Source of the DNA: Tubiluchus corallicola
Lineage: Eukaryota > Animalia > Priapulida
DNA length: 64,000 bases
Assembly: GCA_030141605.1 (NCBI GenBank)
Contig: JAQGDQ010000036.1
Coordinates: 952,242 to 1,016,241, forward strand
Direction of reading: 5' to 3'
Shown: positions 1 to 13,535 of the stretch, piece after piece
Layout: each line of letters opens with the position of its first letter
Numbering within the stretch: the stretch's first letter is position 1
Program-made: the position numbers and the translations under genes
The notes under the pieces: model-generated
What the model was told of the DNA's origin: nothing
Database searches by the model: none
Seen by the model: the letters and a program-made list of their open reading frames with translations, nothing else

Positions 1-408
1 ATTAAAAAATATGAATTTCTCTAAAGACTGTGCAAAAATACCCATTTTAAGTGTTTGTTTATTTAGAAATTTGGTAAATATGCAAACTTTATAGTATAAC
101 ATTTTGTAGACTTTTTTAAGCCCTAGACTATAATTTTGTTTATAATGATTTGGCTATGTACGGTTGTCTAAATTATAGGCAAAAACTCAAATTTGCAAAA
201 AATAATCCACACTTAAACAAAATATACAGCACACAGCTTTGATGTTTCAGCTAATTTCTCTGCTGCATTGAAATAACTCACATAGTGCCTATTTGCAAAA
301 AAAATACAAAAAGCAGGATGCGCAAAATTTGGCCACTAGTTGAACTTTTCTAGAGAAATGACCTTTTTGGGCATATTGCAAAAAGTTACACTACACCCTC
401 TACCCATA

Positions 409-623
409 TTCTTCCAGCATGGTATATGCACGGTATGCATTCAACTTCTTTATTTGGTGATTAGACAAGTTCTGTCATGTTCTTCCAGCATGGTATATGC
501 ACGGTATGCATTCAACTTCTTTGTTTGGTGATTAGACAAGTTCTGTCATGTTCTTCCAGCATGGTATATGCACGGTATGCATTCAACTTCTTTGTTTGGT
601 GATTAGACAAGTTCTGTCATGTT
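409..623. repeat. Tandem repeat, 3 copies of a 71-bp unit
   Basis: Unit ttcttccagcatggtatatgcacgg...gttctgtcatg starts at 409, 480 and 551; explains the duplicated ORFs 340-531 and 548-814. Confidence 0.95.
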
Positions 624-1476
624 ATTTTACAACTTATCCATGTTACCGGTATCATGTATGGCATCTACAGGCTTTCCTAGAAGCACCTTTATATTTGTTT
701 ACTAAGGATCGCACATGCCATCAGATAGCTTTTAAAAGTGTACTAAATGGATTGGTGACTGTTTCTGGACAATTTTGCTTGACCTACTACCTCCAACTAT
801 TTATGTCGTTATAGGAGGCTGAGTAGACATCTGAACATGGCTGCTACAAGACACCTTTCCCACTTTAATGTCATCTAGAAGATTATCTTGGAATGTTACC
901 ATCCCACCACAACTATTCTATATCAGTACAGCAATAGCCCGACACAGTCGCTCAATTTGCTGTTGGTAAATGACAATGGCAGTAAATGAAACAGTTCAAC
1001 AAGAATTTATTAATTGTTTTTTCAAGTCTGATAATCATTTAAATTATTAATAAAATTTTAAAGGCTTCCTTGTTCAGTTGTTTGGGAATTCAAAAGTTGA
1101 AATTATTCTAAAATCATGTAACTGAAAATTTCCTCCCCATGTTAATTCAATTTTTTTAACTAGAAAACTTTTCAATAAATTTGAATAATGTGTGCACATA
1201 ATTTTAGACAGCACAGCGTCATCTTTCTGCTCTACAGCTCTGTTTGGAAAGATTTGAAATATTACTTAAAATATAAGATTTGATAAGTAGCAGTACTTCA
1301 TCCAACACAATACTCACAATACCACATATGTACTATGTATGTTAGTAAACCAACAAGACAAAAAAGCTGGTTTTAAATATCTTCTACTGTTTGTACAAAA
1401 TGGTGCTACTGTTAATATCATTATTTAAGTTTTGTATTTAAAATCATAACATTTGGTATAGTTTGATAATACTCAC

Positions 1477-1710
1477 AAGCTTTCAGTAAATTTTCTTAGA
1501 ATGCTTGGACGGTCTTGATTCCGTCGCTGACGAAACCATCGCTCTATCTGTCGTGCAGACAAATCAAGTTGTTTGGATAAACCGACGACTGTTGTATGAT
1601 TCGGCTTTGCACTTTTTCTATATGCAGCTTCTAGCTGTGGGTTTGCTGGTGCAGGTCGTTTCTTTACATCTTTTAAGTCAAATAGTTGTCCTACCCAAGT
1701 TGCTATAGTA
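1477..1710 (-). CDS. CERS: Ceramide synthase (Lass/CerS2/5/6-type), coding exon 2, Hox-like domain
   Basis: tttcag acceptor, gtgagt donor, 234 bp phase 2/2; reads TIATWVGQLFDLKDVKKRPAPANPQLEAAYRKSAKPNHTTVVGLSKQLDLSARQIERWFRQRRNQDRPSILRKFTES, the CerS homeobox-like motif (ERWFRxRRNQDRP..KFxES). TLC-domain exons lie left of the window. Confidence 0.95.
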
Positions 1711-2929
1711 CTGAAACAATTAGTAAAGACTCAGATTATACTTGCTACCCAAATCTGACAGATACACTCATCAGTAAGTGAGTGTGCGCAACTGCTGAGT
1801 TATAACAGCGGCAACAATACTTGCAATATATCAGATAATGGCAGTTTCAGACAGTACTTCCAAAAACTGGGACAGATGCTCTGTCATTTGATCAACTGCA
1901 GACACTGTGTCCTTCTCATGTTTCACATTTTCCACTGCCACTGCAATGACTGCACAGATTATATCGGATCCTTTTATACATTTTAAATGGAGCTTTCACA
2001 ATTTTGCTTATTTGGGCAAAAAAAATTAAGATAAAAGCTAGTTTTATTTTTGATTTTTTTTCTTGTTTCTTGTTGAAGTAGCACTTGCTTAATTACTTTA
2101 ATTACTGATGCAGCCTAAAACAATGTAATATGCATCTAATACAATTCTTGAAATGTTACACACTCATGATGCCGAAACAATTTATTTATAAGCTGCATGC
2201 TGACAATCTGGAATTATATGTCTCTTGTTTAGTGACACTGAATCATTTATTAGCAAATGCTATAAACATTTTATTGTTTGGTCTGCACATTGACAGCTTC
2301 TACAGCTGCTCATAAATATGCTATACTACGGTTGGGACACGGCATTCCTCAATTACAATAAACCTTAAATGGGGTTACATTGTCTGCTAACAATAATTAT
2401 AAAGACAACAGTTTGTTTAAACTTAAACTTTTCTAAACATTGTAAAGATTAAGTTGCTAAGGTCAATCATTTTGTAAATGCGATTTTTTGCTGTTTTTAT
2501 ACAAAGTATAAAAATGCCAACTTGATAATTGTATGGCAATTTAGTCACCTCATTATGGGTTCATATTTCACATGTACGTTACTTGCCTGTTGTAAACTTT
2601 GTACTTTTAACTACCTGAACAGATTGCGTATCTTAAATTTGCAACCACTCTAAGCCAAATGAATAATTTTTGATTTTAACTGATTTATAAAACATGCCAT
2701 AAATTAGTAGATTTGCCATTTGATGATCCTACCCACAATTACAAATTTTTTAAGCATTATTTAGATTAGGTGTATAAACTTACAAATATTCTTTTGTAGA
2801 GTAGTTCCTACCTCTAATGGTCTTAATCATGGCACGTACAAGTATCGCCAGGTTCTGCACAAGACTAGAAAGCTGCGACTTTTTAAGCCATTATTAATTA
2901 TTGCCTGAAAGCTATTTTTACTTTACTGC

Positions 2930-4570
2930 AGTCTCTCCGAAAAAAAAAACTTTACATACAAAGTTATATTACTTGGCATTACGCTTACCTGTTTGTAATT
3001 AACTGGAGACTCAAGTAATTGGAAAAGAAAATTCTTAATAATTTAAAATGAATAATATGGTCAATGGTAAAGTGGTACTGTATCGCCATCCCAGTGTGCA
3101 CTACTGACTTACCAAAAAACACATTATTAATCTTGACAAATAAAGCAATTTATACTTTTTTTGCTTATTGAGGGTAGAGTGTACATGTTAGACCAAGAGG
3201 GAACAGCGACTAATGCTCATATTATTTTTAAAAACTTCACGCAGTATTATTTAAACTTGCTTCAAACGATTCACCGGTAAAATGGCCGCACCTAATGGTC
3301 ACCGAGAAACTTTAAATTTACAAGTTTTATACAGTGTTACCAGTGGCAGCACGTAGCTAAAATTACATAAAATTACTGGGGGTGCTGCTTTAGAAAATTT
3401 TCAGTCATTGTGTTAATACTGTGTAAAACGAAACAAACATATATAATTTTAATGTTGTAGATACGTTTGAAAATCAGGTGTTGAATGGCTTCTTTTCTCA
3501 ACTGCAACTTTCTCATGGAGAGACAACTGTGAAAAATTAAGCTGTTGTACTTCACGCAGAACTTATTTCTTGGGAATGCAAGGCGTTCATTATTAAATAA
3601 TTTATATTTTGAGCACACATGCTTAATTTACTCTTTATCACATCTAAGAATATGATGATACATGGTAAGCACGTGGCAACTGTTACTGTGATAGAGACAG
3701 TACTTTTCTACCTAACAGCAGATGCTAGCATACAGCGTGTTATCTCAGACATGTGCGAATGGCCGCATGCGCACAACAGCCAAACACTATGTTGCTTGGG
3801 CTGTAAAGCAAATTGTACTTCCCTCACATGTTCCAGTTCCACACAAGTATAAAAAAAGGCTAAACGAAAAAACTTATTATATTGAATTTTATCGATGATG
3901 ATGCGTGAAAACAGGGGGTGCTGCAGTACCTATACACGAGCCCCACTGAGCGTTACTGCTAATGCAAACTCTGTACGCAAATAAGGCAGCAAATAGGGGA
4001 CACAAAATTTCAGGACGAATTTTAAAAGCTTTATTTAGGAAGAGTGTTTTCTTGTGCTTTAAGTTTCTGCATTTAACGATGGAATTTTTACTTTTAGTTA
4101 AAGCACAAGAAAACCCTCCACTTACATAAAGCATAAAAAATTTGTCTTGAAATTTTATATCACTTACATACTGCCTTTTTAGCATGCAGGGTTTGCGTCG
4201 GCAGTAATGCTGTATAAAAGTTGTAAATTTAAACTCCCGCGATGATCGTTAGGCGCAGCAATTTTTATGGTGGATCGTCTGATACAAGTTCAGATAACAT
4301 TGTGTGAAGTTTGAAAAAATAATCAGAGCATAAAATTACCTAAATTCGTAGCACACATGTTACTAACTAAGTAAAATTTTAAATTACTGTGTCTTGTGAA
4401 TAAGATTAAAAATATGTTTTTGCTTAGTAAGTGGCGAACCCTGGAGGGTGAGTCAGCGACATTTTACCAATTGGCACGAACATTTTAAATTATTATTTCT
4501 AGTTACATAAGTCTTTCCAGCAGGTAAGCGAAATGCTAAGCAATACAGATTTGCATGGAAAGTTTTTTGG
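2930..4570. mobile_element. Degenerate long-inverted-repeat (foldback) non-autonomous DNA element, interrupted by a hAT MITE
   Basis: About 2940-3340 is an imperfect reverse complement of about 4200-4570 (e.g. tttaaatttacaagttttatacag vs ctgtataaaagttgtaaatttaaa; ttggcattacgcttacctg vs caggtaagcgaaatgctaa). Ends approximate. Confidence 0.6.
3341..3948 (+). mobile_element. hAT-type MITE with CAGTGGC TIRs and 8-bp TSD
   Basis: Starts cagtggcagcacgta, ends cacgagccccactg; flanks agtgttac / agcgttac (7/8 TSD); second copy at 36482-37030. Confidence 0.8.
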
Positions 4571-5002
4571 GACATAATTTAACATTGCCTTTTCTTCCCC
4601 TGATTTACGTTTGCGTAGGTGACGTCAAGTAATAGCGCCGTTGAAACAGTATTGCGGGGGACTTAAAATGAAAACAAACAAAAATTCCTTTTAACGGTAC
4701 CCCTTTTCTTGTCCTTTAAAGCATATGTTACAAGCAATGAGTAAAATTTAAACATTTTATAAAATTTCTAGCCATTTAATGCAACACGTGTAATTTTGGG
4801 AAAAGTGTGAAATGAGTCTTTTTGGTGTGACTTTTCCACACTACCTACAAGCTTTATATAATAGTTAGAATTTATATAACATAATGTAGTGACTTTGGCA
4901 AAATGTAACATGAACATAATTCGTGTGAAATAACACTCTTCCTAGACATTTTATACATTACCTAGGCACTGTATCACGGAATGCACAGAACGACTTAATC
5001 AT

Positions 5003-5884
5003 TAGGGCTGTGGAGTCGAAGTCAGAGTTGCTAAAAATTAGAGTTTTGGAGTCGGGACTTAGGAGTACACTTACTGTTAGAGGAGTCAGTACGAATAGAT
5101 AAACTGACTGGAGTTACTTTGAAATTTTAAAACAATTACACCTAATTGTTATTAGATATGTTATTAGATTGTTATTAGATTGTATATTAGATCACGCTAA
5201 GTAAATGTCTCAGCAAAAGTGAACTGCCGATTGTTGATGCTTAGGTGGCCCACGCTAAGTAAATGTTTCAGCAAAAGTGAACTGCCGATTGTTGATGCTT
5301 AGGTGGCCGCTTCTTACCCTGAGCAATTACAACATGTTGTTAGATACTTGTTGTTATTAAAAATATTTACACTATGTTTCAATTTGTTTATATTTGCAAA
5401 TATCTGTGAAAAATTACCAGACAAGTATCAATTTATAATTACATGTATTATCATAGTTGAGGAATTCAACTTTGTCATAATTACCTTTTCTGGGAAAAAT
5501 ATTTCAGTGACATATTAACACTATTAGTGCTTATTTAGGCCTAGTAATTTTTTACTCATTGGGTCATTGGCCTGACAAATGTCTGACAAGCAGAACCATA
5601 ACACACAGGCATAGCTATATCCATTGAGACTCAAATTCGGAGAGCTTTAGCATAAGGACTAGCCTGACAATTCACTTGGTAGTGATGAAATGCCACTGTA
5701 GCTAAATATGAAGAGTACTACAAACTATTATTTAAAGGCAGGAGTCGGAGTTGGAGTTGGGACTCCTAAAATCTTAGGAGTTGGATCTTCAAAAATTTTA
5801 GGAGTCGGAGTCAACAGGCGGACAGATCCTCTAAAATTCTGGGAGTCGGAGTTGGGAGTTTAATGTACCGACTCCACAACCCTG
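5003..5884. mobile_element. hAT-like MITE with subterminal GGAGTC repeats
   Basis: TIRs tagggctgtggagtcg / cgactccacaaccctg, many ggagtc/ggagtt repeats near both ends, candidate TSD ttaatcat / ttaattag; internal 58-bp tandem duplication at about 5193-5308. Confidence 0.75.
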
Positions 5885-6349
5885 TTAATTAGTATATTAA
5901 ATTAAGGAAGCAGCCCAAATAAGATGGTGGTGAGTTCATTGTTTTATTAGCAACATCACAATCTCTGACACGCTACTCAAATCAGGTGGACCACGTTCTA
6001 CACCTGGAGGCTGGAAGGCCTGCTTTCCAACAATTATACTTCTGAAAAAGGGGTGGAGCATCAAATAGGAACAGCTAATTTGGCCTTTGGAAACAAAGAT
6101 CTAAATGAATTTTATGGTTTATCAAGCTGCCATCTGTTGAATCTTGCTCTACAAGGCTGCAAAACTAGAGTCTCAATTTATTGCAATTTATCTATCAAAC
6201 AGCTCAACTTTTCCCAACAGCAAGACCTTTCCTTAAGCACTTACAACTAGCACATTACCAATGAGCATACGGACATGTAGACATTCACCATTCTCTAAGG
6301 CTTAAAGTAATACTGCCGCACATATAAAATGCCTAGGAAAATTGTGTCA

Positions 6350-6770
6350 AGAACAACTGAACATTTATTTTATTTTTACATTAACTGCAAAACTACATTC
6401 AATAAAGTGCGTAGAAAAAGTAAGCACATAAATTATCTAAGAATTTCATGCTTTGTCTAGACTAACTTTTGCATTAAATATAACACATAGGAAAAGTGTA
6501 TAAGGTACTATTTTATGTAATTAGTACCTGGTTTGCTTGGACACTTAATAAAATGCCCAGGCATAGTACAGTGTACTCCTTTCACACTTTGCCTGTAACA
6601 TATCTAAAATAATATCTTATACACTTTTCCTAGAAGCATTATACAATGCAAAAGTTTGTCTAGTCAAAATACGTAATTCTTAGGTAATTGATGTACTTTT
6701 CCTAGCATTTAACAGAAATGACGAAGAAATTTTAGTTAATGTAAAAATAAAACAAATGGTCAATTAATCT
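6350..6770. mobile_element. Palindromic MITE-like element
   Basis: Left arm (ttttatttttacattaact...taggaaaagtgtataag) is an imperfect reverse complement of right arm (cttatacacttttccta...agttaatgtaaaaataaaa). Confidence 0.65.
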
Positions 6771-6929
6771 GATATTATTTTTCTTTTTGAATTTAATGTC
6801 AGTTTTATCTGATGGGTGTGTGAATTTGAATGCCTCAACGTCCTTGCAAATTTACGTGGTAAATACGTTCTTTTCTCTTGTTTTGAGAAAGTTCCAGTGT
6901 CGTTCCTCTTCAGTGGTGATATTGATCAC

Positions 6930-7125
6930 TCAGGAGGCCAATTCTTGCATGAGACACACAGTGGCACAGATGGCATTTGTGACTTTTTGAGGGGTGCAGC
7001 TGAGCCTGTCGAATGTCGAATGTCAATGTTGCCGTCATTTCTTTTTTCATCTTAGAATTGCTGGGATCTACTGTAGATGATCCCATGCCTGCTGGATTGT
7101 TGCTGGGCTTCTTTATCAGATGTTT
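6930..7125 (-). mobile_element. 3' coding end relic of an RTE-clade LINE
   Basis: Minus strand reads KSHKCHLCHCVSHARIGLLS, matching the RTE C-terminal CxxC...SRIGLxSH motif, preceded by a degenerate HGIIYSRSQQF segment. Confidence 0.65.
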
Positions 7126-7734
7126 TGATTTAGATGTCTGTTTATTTGAAAGTGGTTTTTAATTAGTCTTTGTAGTGGTACGTACAAAAAACTATATAGT
7201 ATATGATAATTTAGTAACATTAAACAGAAAACTAAAAAACAAAGTGTGAAAAATGTGCTCTGAAAAAACTTAGAAATGTGATAGCTAGCAAACCTTTAAT
7301 CGATATACAAAATATTTCGCGATTGAGCTTTAAACATTCGCAAAGCTTCAAAAAATTGTTTTCCTTACTGCTCGGAAATTTGGGATTCTGATCATCGGAA
7401 CAATATCCACTTCTATTATTTTATTGTTAGTCACTTACTTTGTACCGAATGCTTGGTATTACAATAAACATTTAAAAATTTTAAACAAATGTTATCACAA
7501 CATTTAATTTTGATTATCATCAACACATCACTAAGATAACTGTTGCATCTAGATTAAGCCAATTTTTTCATTAATGTGTGTTCAATGATGTACATAGTCA
7601 CGGGAATTGCAACTAAATAACGTTCAGAAAACTCACATAAGTCTAAAGTATTCTACTACTACTAATAATGCATTGTTTCCAAGTTTTCAGCTTTGACCAC
7701 ACCCGCGAACATGAATACATGTGAAAATTCTTAC

Positions 7735-7925
7735 CGTTCATATATAACTCGCGTTACTATTATGAAAATAGCTACAGGCAAAGGTGTTAGAAGATCACTG
7801 AATTCTACATATCTAGTTTCATTTGTGCTTTTAATATCTTCCCATGTCACGTTATGCGGAAGCCAAAATTTCGGATTCCAAAACCAATTATTTGCATCCC
7901 GTATACTATCAAGCACAACAGCCAT
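7735..7925 (-). CDS. CERS: Ceramide synthase, coding exon 1
   Basis: aaaATGG start, MAVVLDSIRDANNWFWNPKFWLPHNVTWEDI (conserved CerS FWxxxFWLPxNxTW motif with N-glycosylation site), donor cg|gtaag in phase 2 matching the exon at 1477-1710. Confidence 0.95.
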
Positions 7926-8020
7926 TTTCCTTGTAATTGTCTAGTCAATCATTGGTCCGAGAGATCGTGTCACGCACGCCGTTGCTGAAAACTGCAACGG
8001 TGATTGCGCCATCTATTCGC
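7926..8020 (-). promoter_or_regulatory. Probable ceramide synthase 5' UTR/core promoter
   Basis: Local CpG enrichment, ATTGG (CCAAT) near 7951 and gcgccatct (YY1-like) near 8006, directly upstream of the ATG. Confidence 0.45.
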
Positions 8021-8099
8021 AACGATGTACAATTTTTAGTTTAAAAGAAGCCCATATTTCCTCGTGTTATAAAGAACCAATCAACACAAAAATCAACAC

Positions 8100-9175
8100 A
8101 TAATTTATGTACATACATAGATATGCATTTCTTCCTCTGGCTGATGACACTGAGGTGCCTTTTTGCAAATCATTGTTCAGTTAATATTAAATTTTTTGGC
8201 ACACATCTGAGGATTCCTCATTGTTGATGGGTCTTCGATAGCTGGCAATGCCAAAAAGTGGAGGTTTTCGTAATCATACAACAAAGAAGAATTTCACCAA
8301 GACCGACCTTAAAGAGCTTACTGTTAGAGGCACATGAGTTCAGCAACTATTCTTGTGGCTCTTTCTATGAATTTGCACCAAGACCAATTGTGCATGCATT
8401 TCTTGTAGGTGACTTGGTGATTACACTGCTTGGCAGTACCCTAAATTGTCTTACTATAGCTGTGCAAAGCAGAAGCAGTAAGTTCTTATCTAAGTATGAA
8501 AAGGAACTTCTGATAAGTTTTGTATTGCCATTTGCTGTTACATTACATTACTTTGAAAATTTCAGCTAATTGTCAACCTCCATCACTTTAAGAGAATCTA
8601 TGTTAAGGTGACCAAATTTCTATCTTGCTTTACGTGAGTATCAAAGTCAGAATGTTCTCTTCCTGTATGAAGTATAGATCTCACATTTCAGGGGGAAAAA
8701 CGTATACGTAGTTGCCGTTCATCTGACCACAAACTTGTAAACTATATCGATATCAGACTGCAAGTTTATCGGGGACTGATTAATTTGACCTCTATAAAGA
8801 TCTTTGAATTGTCTGGAAAAAGTTTCATGGATTGAAAATGTATCACTTTTGGTAGATAATTTATAAAAAGCAAAAATAAAATTGGCGGACCCAACACATT
8901 GCCTATTGATCAGTGGTACTCAACCAAGCAAATTCCTTATTGGACCCATTTATCGCACTAATTGCTTCTCCCCCCCCCCAAAAAAACGCACTGACCCTTT
9001 TAGTAATAAATTTAATAACGCCACAGCCAAAAATCTTTTGTCAAGAGGCGCCTGTCTGGGATTGTATCAAAATCTTTCATGAAATATTGAAGCATCATCA
9101 CAATTATGTCTATCACCATTTCTTGAAAATTGAGATACAATACCAATTTTCCAGTTGTCTGGAAGTTCGCTGTTT
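8100..9175 (-). mobile_element. Highly decayed CR1/L2-group LINE reverse transcriptase
   Basis: Frameshifted remnants ELPDNWKIGIV, FMKDFDTIPDRRLLTK (cf. DFSKAFDTVPHRRLLxK), GNVLGPPILFLLF, KLFPDNSKIF (cf. LFADDxK), LQSDID, LIRSSFSYLDK. Confidence 0.8.
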
Positions 9176-10120
9176 GAATAAAAATTATGTAACACAAGGG
9201 TTGTATTACTGATAGTCTGTAGTTTCAAAACTAGTAAGTATATACATCGTCAGGGGACTTGTTAGCAATGCTTTCTTAACATCGGATATATGAAATGTAA
9301 TATCTTCTAAAAAGTGCCGGTCATGTGGTTCAAAAATAGCAATTATACTTTTACCGAGCTTTAATTATTTTCGGGCTTATTTGGTTATAATTGCACTTCA
9401 TGCCACCGTTATTAACACCTTTGATGCCAGCGTCGTTGGGAGATCGAATAGTACACACATGTCACATATTCTATAATAGTGTTTGTAAACTCCATTACTT
9501 AATTTTATTGTAACAAAAAGATTAATTTTTATGCTTATTGTTTGATATTTTTGTACATACAAAAATTGCAATACAAGTAAATCTTTGGAACAATGTTCAA
9601 AGATGTGTAAATATTCAATTCTTGCTTTTACGTAAAATATTTTGTTAGCCAATAAAAACTTTCAAGAAGGGATCATTTCAATTTGCTTCTCTCGTTATGC
9701 TGACATTAAATTTTACACGTCAACTTTTCTTATACATTTCGTTCAGAAGTATATCTACATAGGCTACATGTGCATTTCTCAGTGATCATATGCAACAAAT
9801 GCTAATGAATGTGCTGATATTTTCAGCCGCATTTATTTGGCAATACTTGAGATTTAATGTGCGACATTTTTGCCAAAGGGTCATTGTAGACTATCACTCA
9901 GAAGTTATCACTCAGTAATTATTGTCAACCTATCTAATAACGAAGAGACGAGTGCAATGTTGTCAGATGTAGATAGAAAAAGGTATATAGCATAGTGAAG
10001 AAGTATAGAAAAAAATCAGTGGACTAAAGAAACAAAGTCAATAGGCAGAATAAGGAAAGCTTAAATGATAAACACAGAGAGAATAGACATACCTTCTTAG
10101 TAGTAACACTGAATAGTGAT

Positions 10121-10685
10121 GACTTACCATTTTGCAAAGTTCAAATTGGATACAAATGGACACCAGCTTTAGTTGATTCTGGCGCTGCTACTAACGTAAT
10201 AGAAATGGCATTTTGCCGCAAATTCCCTGACTTCTTGAAAAAGAGCCACAGCCGCCTTGTCCACATTTAAGTTTGAATATTGCAGTTCAAAGTAAAGTGA
10301 AATTTTTAGGTAAAATTACGTTACCCGTAATGATAGGATCAAATACATTTCACTTATTGTCTCATATCGCAGAGCAAACTGATAAACTTACAGATAATTA
10401 TCTGTAAATATGTAAATTTCGTAAATAGCCTCTGAGTTTCATAGTTATGTTAATTTCCAGTAATTTTGTAATTATTATGGTTCAGTTTTCGTAATATTAG
10501 TTGTAGATGACGCCATTTGCTAATATTCAGTCAACCGCCTCCAGTACCGCATTTCTTATATGCAATGCACTTTTTTGTGTACGTAAGTTTTTAATTGGCA
10601 AATAAATATAAATCTATTTATCTATCAAACCAGTTATTTTGGGAAATTCATGTTTTCATAAATCTGGTGCAGTTTGGGGATAGCT
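10121..10685 (+). mobile_element. Gypsy-type LTR retrotransposon aspartic protease relic, interrupted
   Basis: DLPFCKVQIGYKWTPALVDSGAATNVI (retropepsin LVDSGA active site), then FLGKITLPVMIG, resuming after a roughly 245-bp insertion as KPVILGNS. Confidence 0.7.
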
Positions 10686-10997
10686 AATTATGCTTTATTA
10701 ATTGACTCAGATATAATTAGATTGCCATCTACATGGATAAATGTAATCATGATCCAACATACTTGGTTAAATTGAGGAGAAAATCATTTTATCCACTACA
10801 TATTATATTTTTACTGTTAACCTGAAAATAAAATTACATTATTATTCGTAAAACCAAGTTCAAATGATTAGATGACAAGGACACAAAATTAAGATAAAGG
10901 CGCCAAAATTCAATCAAATCGAAGTAGTAGTCGAAGTGATAAATGATATTTAAATTGTGTAATAAACTAAAGAACATAGCGCAGCAGAGCATACTAA

Positions 10998-11001
<4 letters not shown>

Positions 11002-11069
<68 letters not shown>

Positions 11070-11107
11070 ATATATATATCGGAATATATATATATATATA
11101 TATATAT
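11002..11107. repeat. (TC)n then (TA)n microsatellite
   Basis: Direct inspection; lies just 3' of the stop codon at 11146. Confidence 0.97.
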
Positions 11108-11145
11108 TCACGCCTGCTTTTCTGTAGTAGTAGGCACATTGCTTT

Positions 11146-11633
11146 TCATGCAACAGCTGTGACAATAATAAAAGGAATGTCCTCATTTACTGCTGTTTCA
11201 ATTTCTGGATGTTTCTCCGGCTTAGCATCAATACGAGGGACAGCAAGAAACTGGTGTCTGGCACTTAGCAAGCGTTGAACCTCGAGTTTCACTACAACTT
11301 CATGTGATATACTGTCCTGTTTAATGTCTGATAGTGTTATAAAGCTGTCAGGTTTTTCACCAGGATAGCTCATCGGTTTGTCTTGGTCCAAACTGTGTTT
11401 GGCAAAAGCTGCCGGGTCTTGCTTTTCCAAACTTCCATTTGCCTCTGCTTCATATATGTAACAGTAAGGTAGATTCGTCCCCGTTAGTTTGTTTTGCGTG
11501 GCGCGCAAGTAGCGACATTGTTGCAGCTCAGAAAGTTCTTTTAAGAATACTTCGTCTGGAACGTGTTTACCGTTGAGCATTGATTGACCACAGTCATTTA
11601 TTTTCTCTTGGTTTGTCGTTGCTTGATCTTTGC
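11146..11633 (-). CDS. Uncharacterised protein, terminal exon (contains LSELQQCRYLR)
   Basis: tttacag acceptor, phase 1, joins the donor at 11895 in frame (KR-G-KDQ); 488 bp open to TGA, coding-like composition. Confidence 0.75.
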
Positions 11634-11894
11634 CTGTAAACACAGCAAAAATTAATCTTTCACTGCTCAGTCTTACAATCGTGAAATGATGTATATACAA
11701 ACAAGAAGAGCGAGTTCGCATGCCATGGCTTACAGCTATAGTTTTTTACAAGAAAAAAAATTAATATTCTAATAAGAAACTTTTTAAAACACTCTTCTCT
11801 CGGAACATTAAAATACCAAAAAAATTGTATTTTATAAAATGATTACCACTGAAAACCTATAGGCTGCAATCAGTTTCCAATGCAGTGTTCATAC

Positions 11895-12571
11895 CTCGTT
11901 TATGCTGTTCTTTCGTACTGCTTGGCGCTTCATTTGGCATTCTTGGAAGAATTTGTGAAACAGGCAGATTGCCTTTCCTCAATAGTTCTTCTACATGACC
12001 TTGTCTTCGTCCCTGTTTCTTTGCCTTTTTAACTGTGTAATCGAGGTAACGTTTGATCACGCCATCAGTTGTAAATTCAGAACTTAGGCATCCAGCCCAA
12101 GCTAATCGACCTCCAACATTTTCTTTTGTGTGGAACAAATGGAGTGGCTCCATGTGCATCTGCTCAAAGATATAACCTTGTCTGCTCGGTCTTCTAATAG
12201 ATACTTCTGTGGTACCGAAATTAATCTGACTCACTTTTGCTTCGTCGTAATTTCGATTTTCCGTGTCAGACTGACGTTCTGCCTTGGTTTTCCCATAGGA
12301 CCGCACATCGTGAGAAGCTATGGCAGGCTGCTTTGTTGTCCCCTGTAGGTCTTCGTAACTCTTTAGTCTTTCTTCCCAGCGAGTAGCTTCCTTTTGTAAC
12401 CTTGCAAGTACGCGCGCATGATTGTACTCCAAACGTTCTAGTTTTTTCTCGTGCTTTACAATTTCTTGGTTGCCTTTTCTCAGTGCTTTCGTGCTGTTTC
12501 TCAATGTCCACTCATGTATCATTCGGAGTCGTTGTGCTGGATCCATATCTTTCGGAGGCATATTCACAATC
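11895..12571 (-). CDS. Uncharacterised coiled-coil protein exon (possible own ATG at 12561)
   Basis: Acceptor ttag|g at 12571, donor g|gtatga at 11895; 677 bp open; heptad-like segment IVKHEKKLERLEYNHARVLARLQKEATRWEERLKSYEDLQ. Confidence 0.75.
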
Positions 12572-13535
12572 CTAATTCCGCAAAATATTAAAAAGATAAA
12601 ATTTCTAAAGTGCTATCGTTCGTTTAAAAATTTATGTAATTCCTTGCCGTCTTGCAAGGCAAATGTTCGACCACGTATAACCTGCACTTGTTTCGAAGCT
12701 ATGCGGCTGCTTGCCCGAATGCGCGTAGGTCTATAACACATTAATTTTTAAAAGATTTTCATTTTCCGTAATTAAATTGCAGGAAATAGATCGATCGGGA
12801 ACTCAGTTGCCATTAATGAAATCTGTTCTTGGTTAGAAGAAGCCATGGAGCGCCTATTCTACTGACGGGTTGGGGATGCAGTTTGCAGAGCTACATAGAT
12901 TTATACATCGGTTTAGTGCTCAGTTTATTTGCTTGTAGCTTGCCACGCGTGCTGGCAGTTATATTAGGCTTTTAGGTATAATTTCGGACTTTTTCATTCA
13001 ACATTGCCTGGTCGTTTGCGTTATTACTTAGTAAATCAGCTTACAGACTTATCCATTAAACAAAATTCGTTTTCACCCGCAAACTCCCCAAATCCGTAAG
13101 TAGGATTTCCTGTTATCATGTATAGGCCTATTTTGTATAATTCTGGGTTCTGTAAAACGTGCATTTACGGTTTATACAAACATTGCATATTAGGAAAGTG
13201 AAACTATCTGAAAAACGTGACATGCAATAAAAAATCGGATGTCGAAAGACATAATAATATACATCACCGAGTGGAATGCCTGCATAATTTTTGAAAAACA
13301 CTGATACTGTACTCTCATCATACAACACTCTGTCTTTATAAATCGACAATCCGACCTTGTATGGAGTACCCTAACGGCAATCAAATTTGGGCAGGTCCTT
13401 CTGCCTGGCAGTCTCAAAATTTAATTGGCTCACTAGTCAGGTAGGGTTTTGAGTAGATTCTACAAGTTTTTTGCTGCTACGTTAAGCTTCTTTTGTCAGT
13501 ATTTTTATGGAAGGAACTTCCATGTTCACTGTTCA

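Noticed and set aside
6878-6915. Possible hammerhead ribozyme on the minus strand (ctgaagag...ctcaaaac) next to the RTE relic
   Set aside because: The essential GAAA is AAAA and stems I and III could not be formed.
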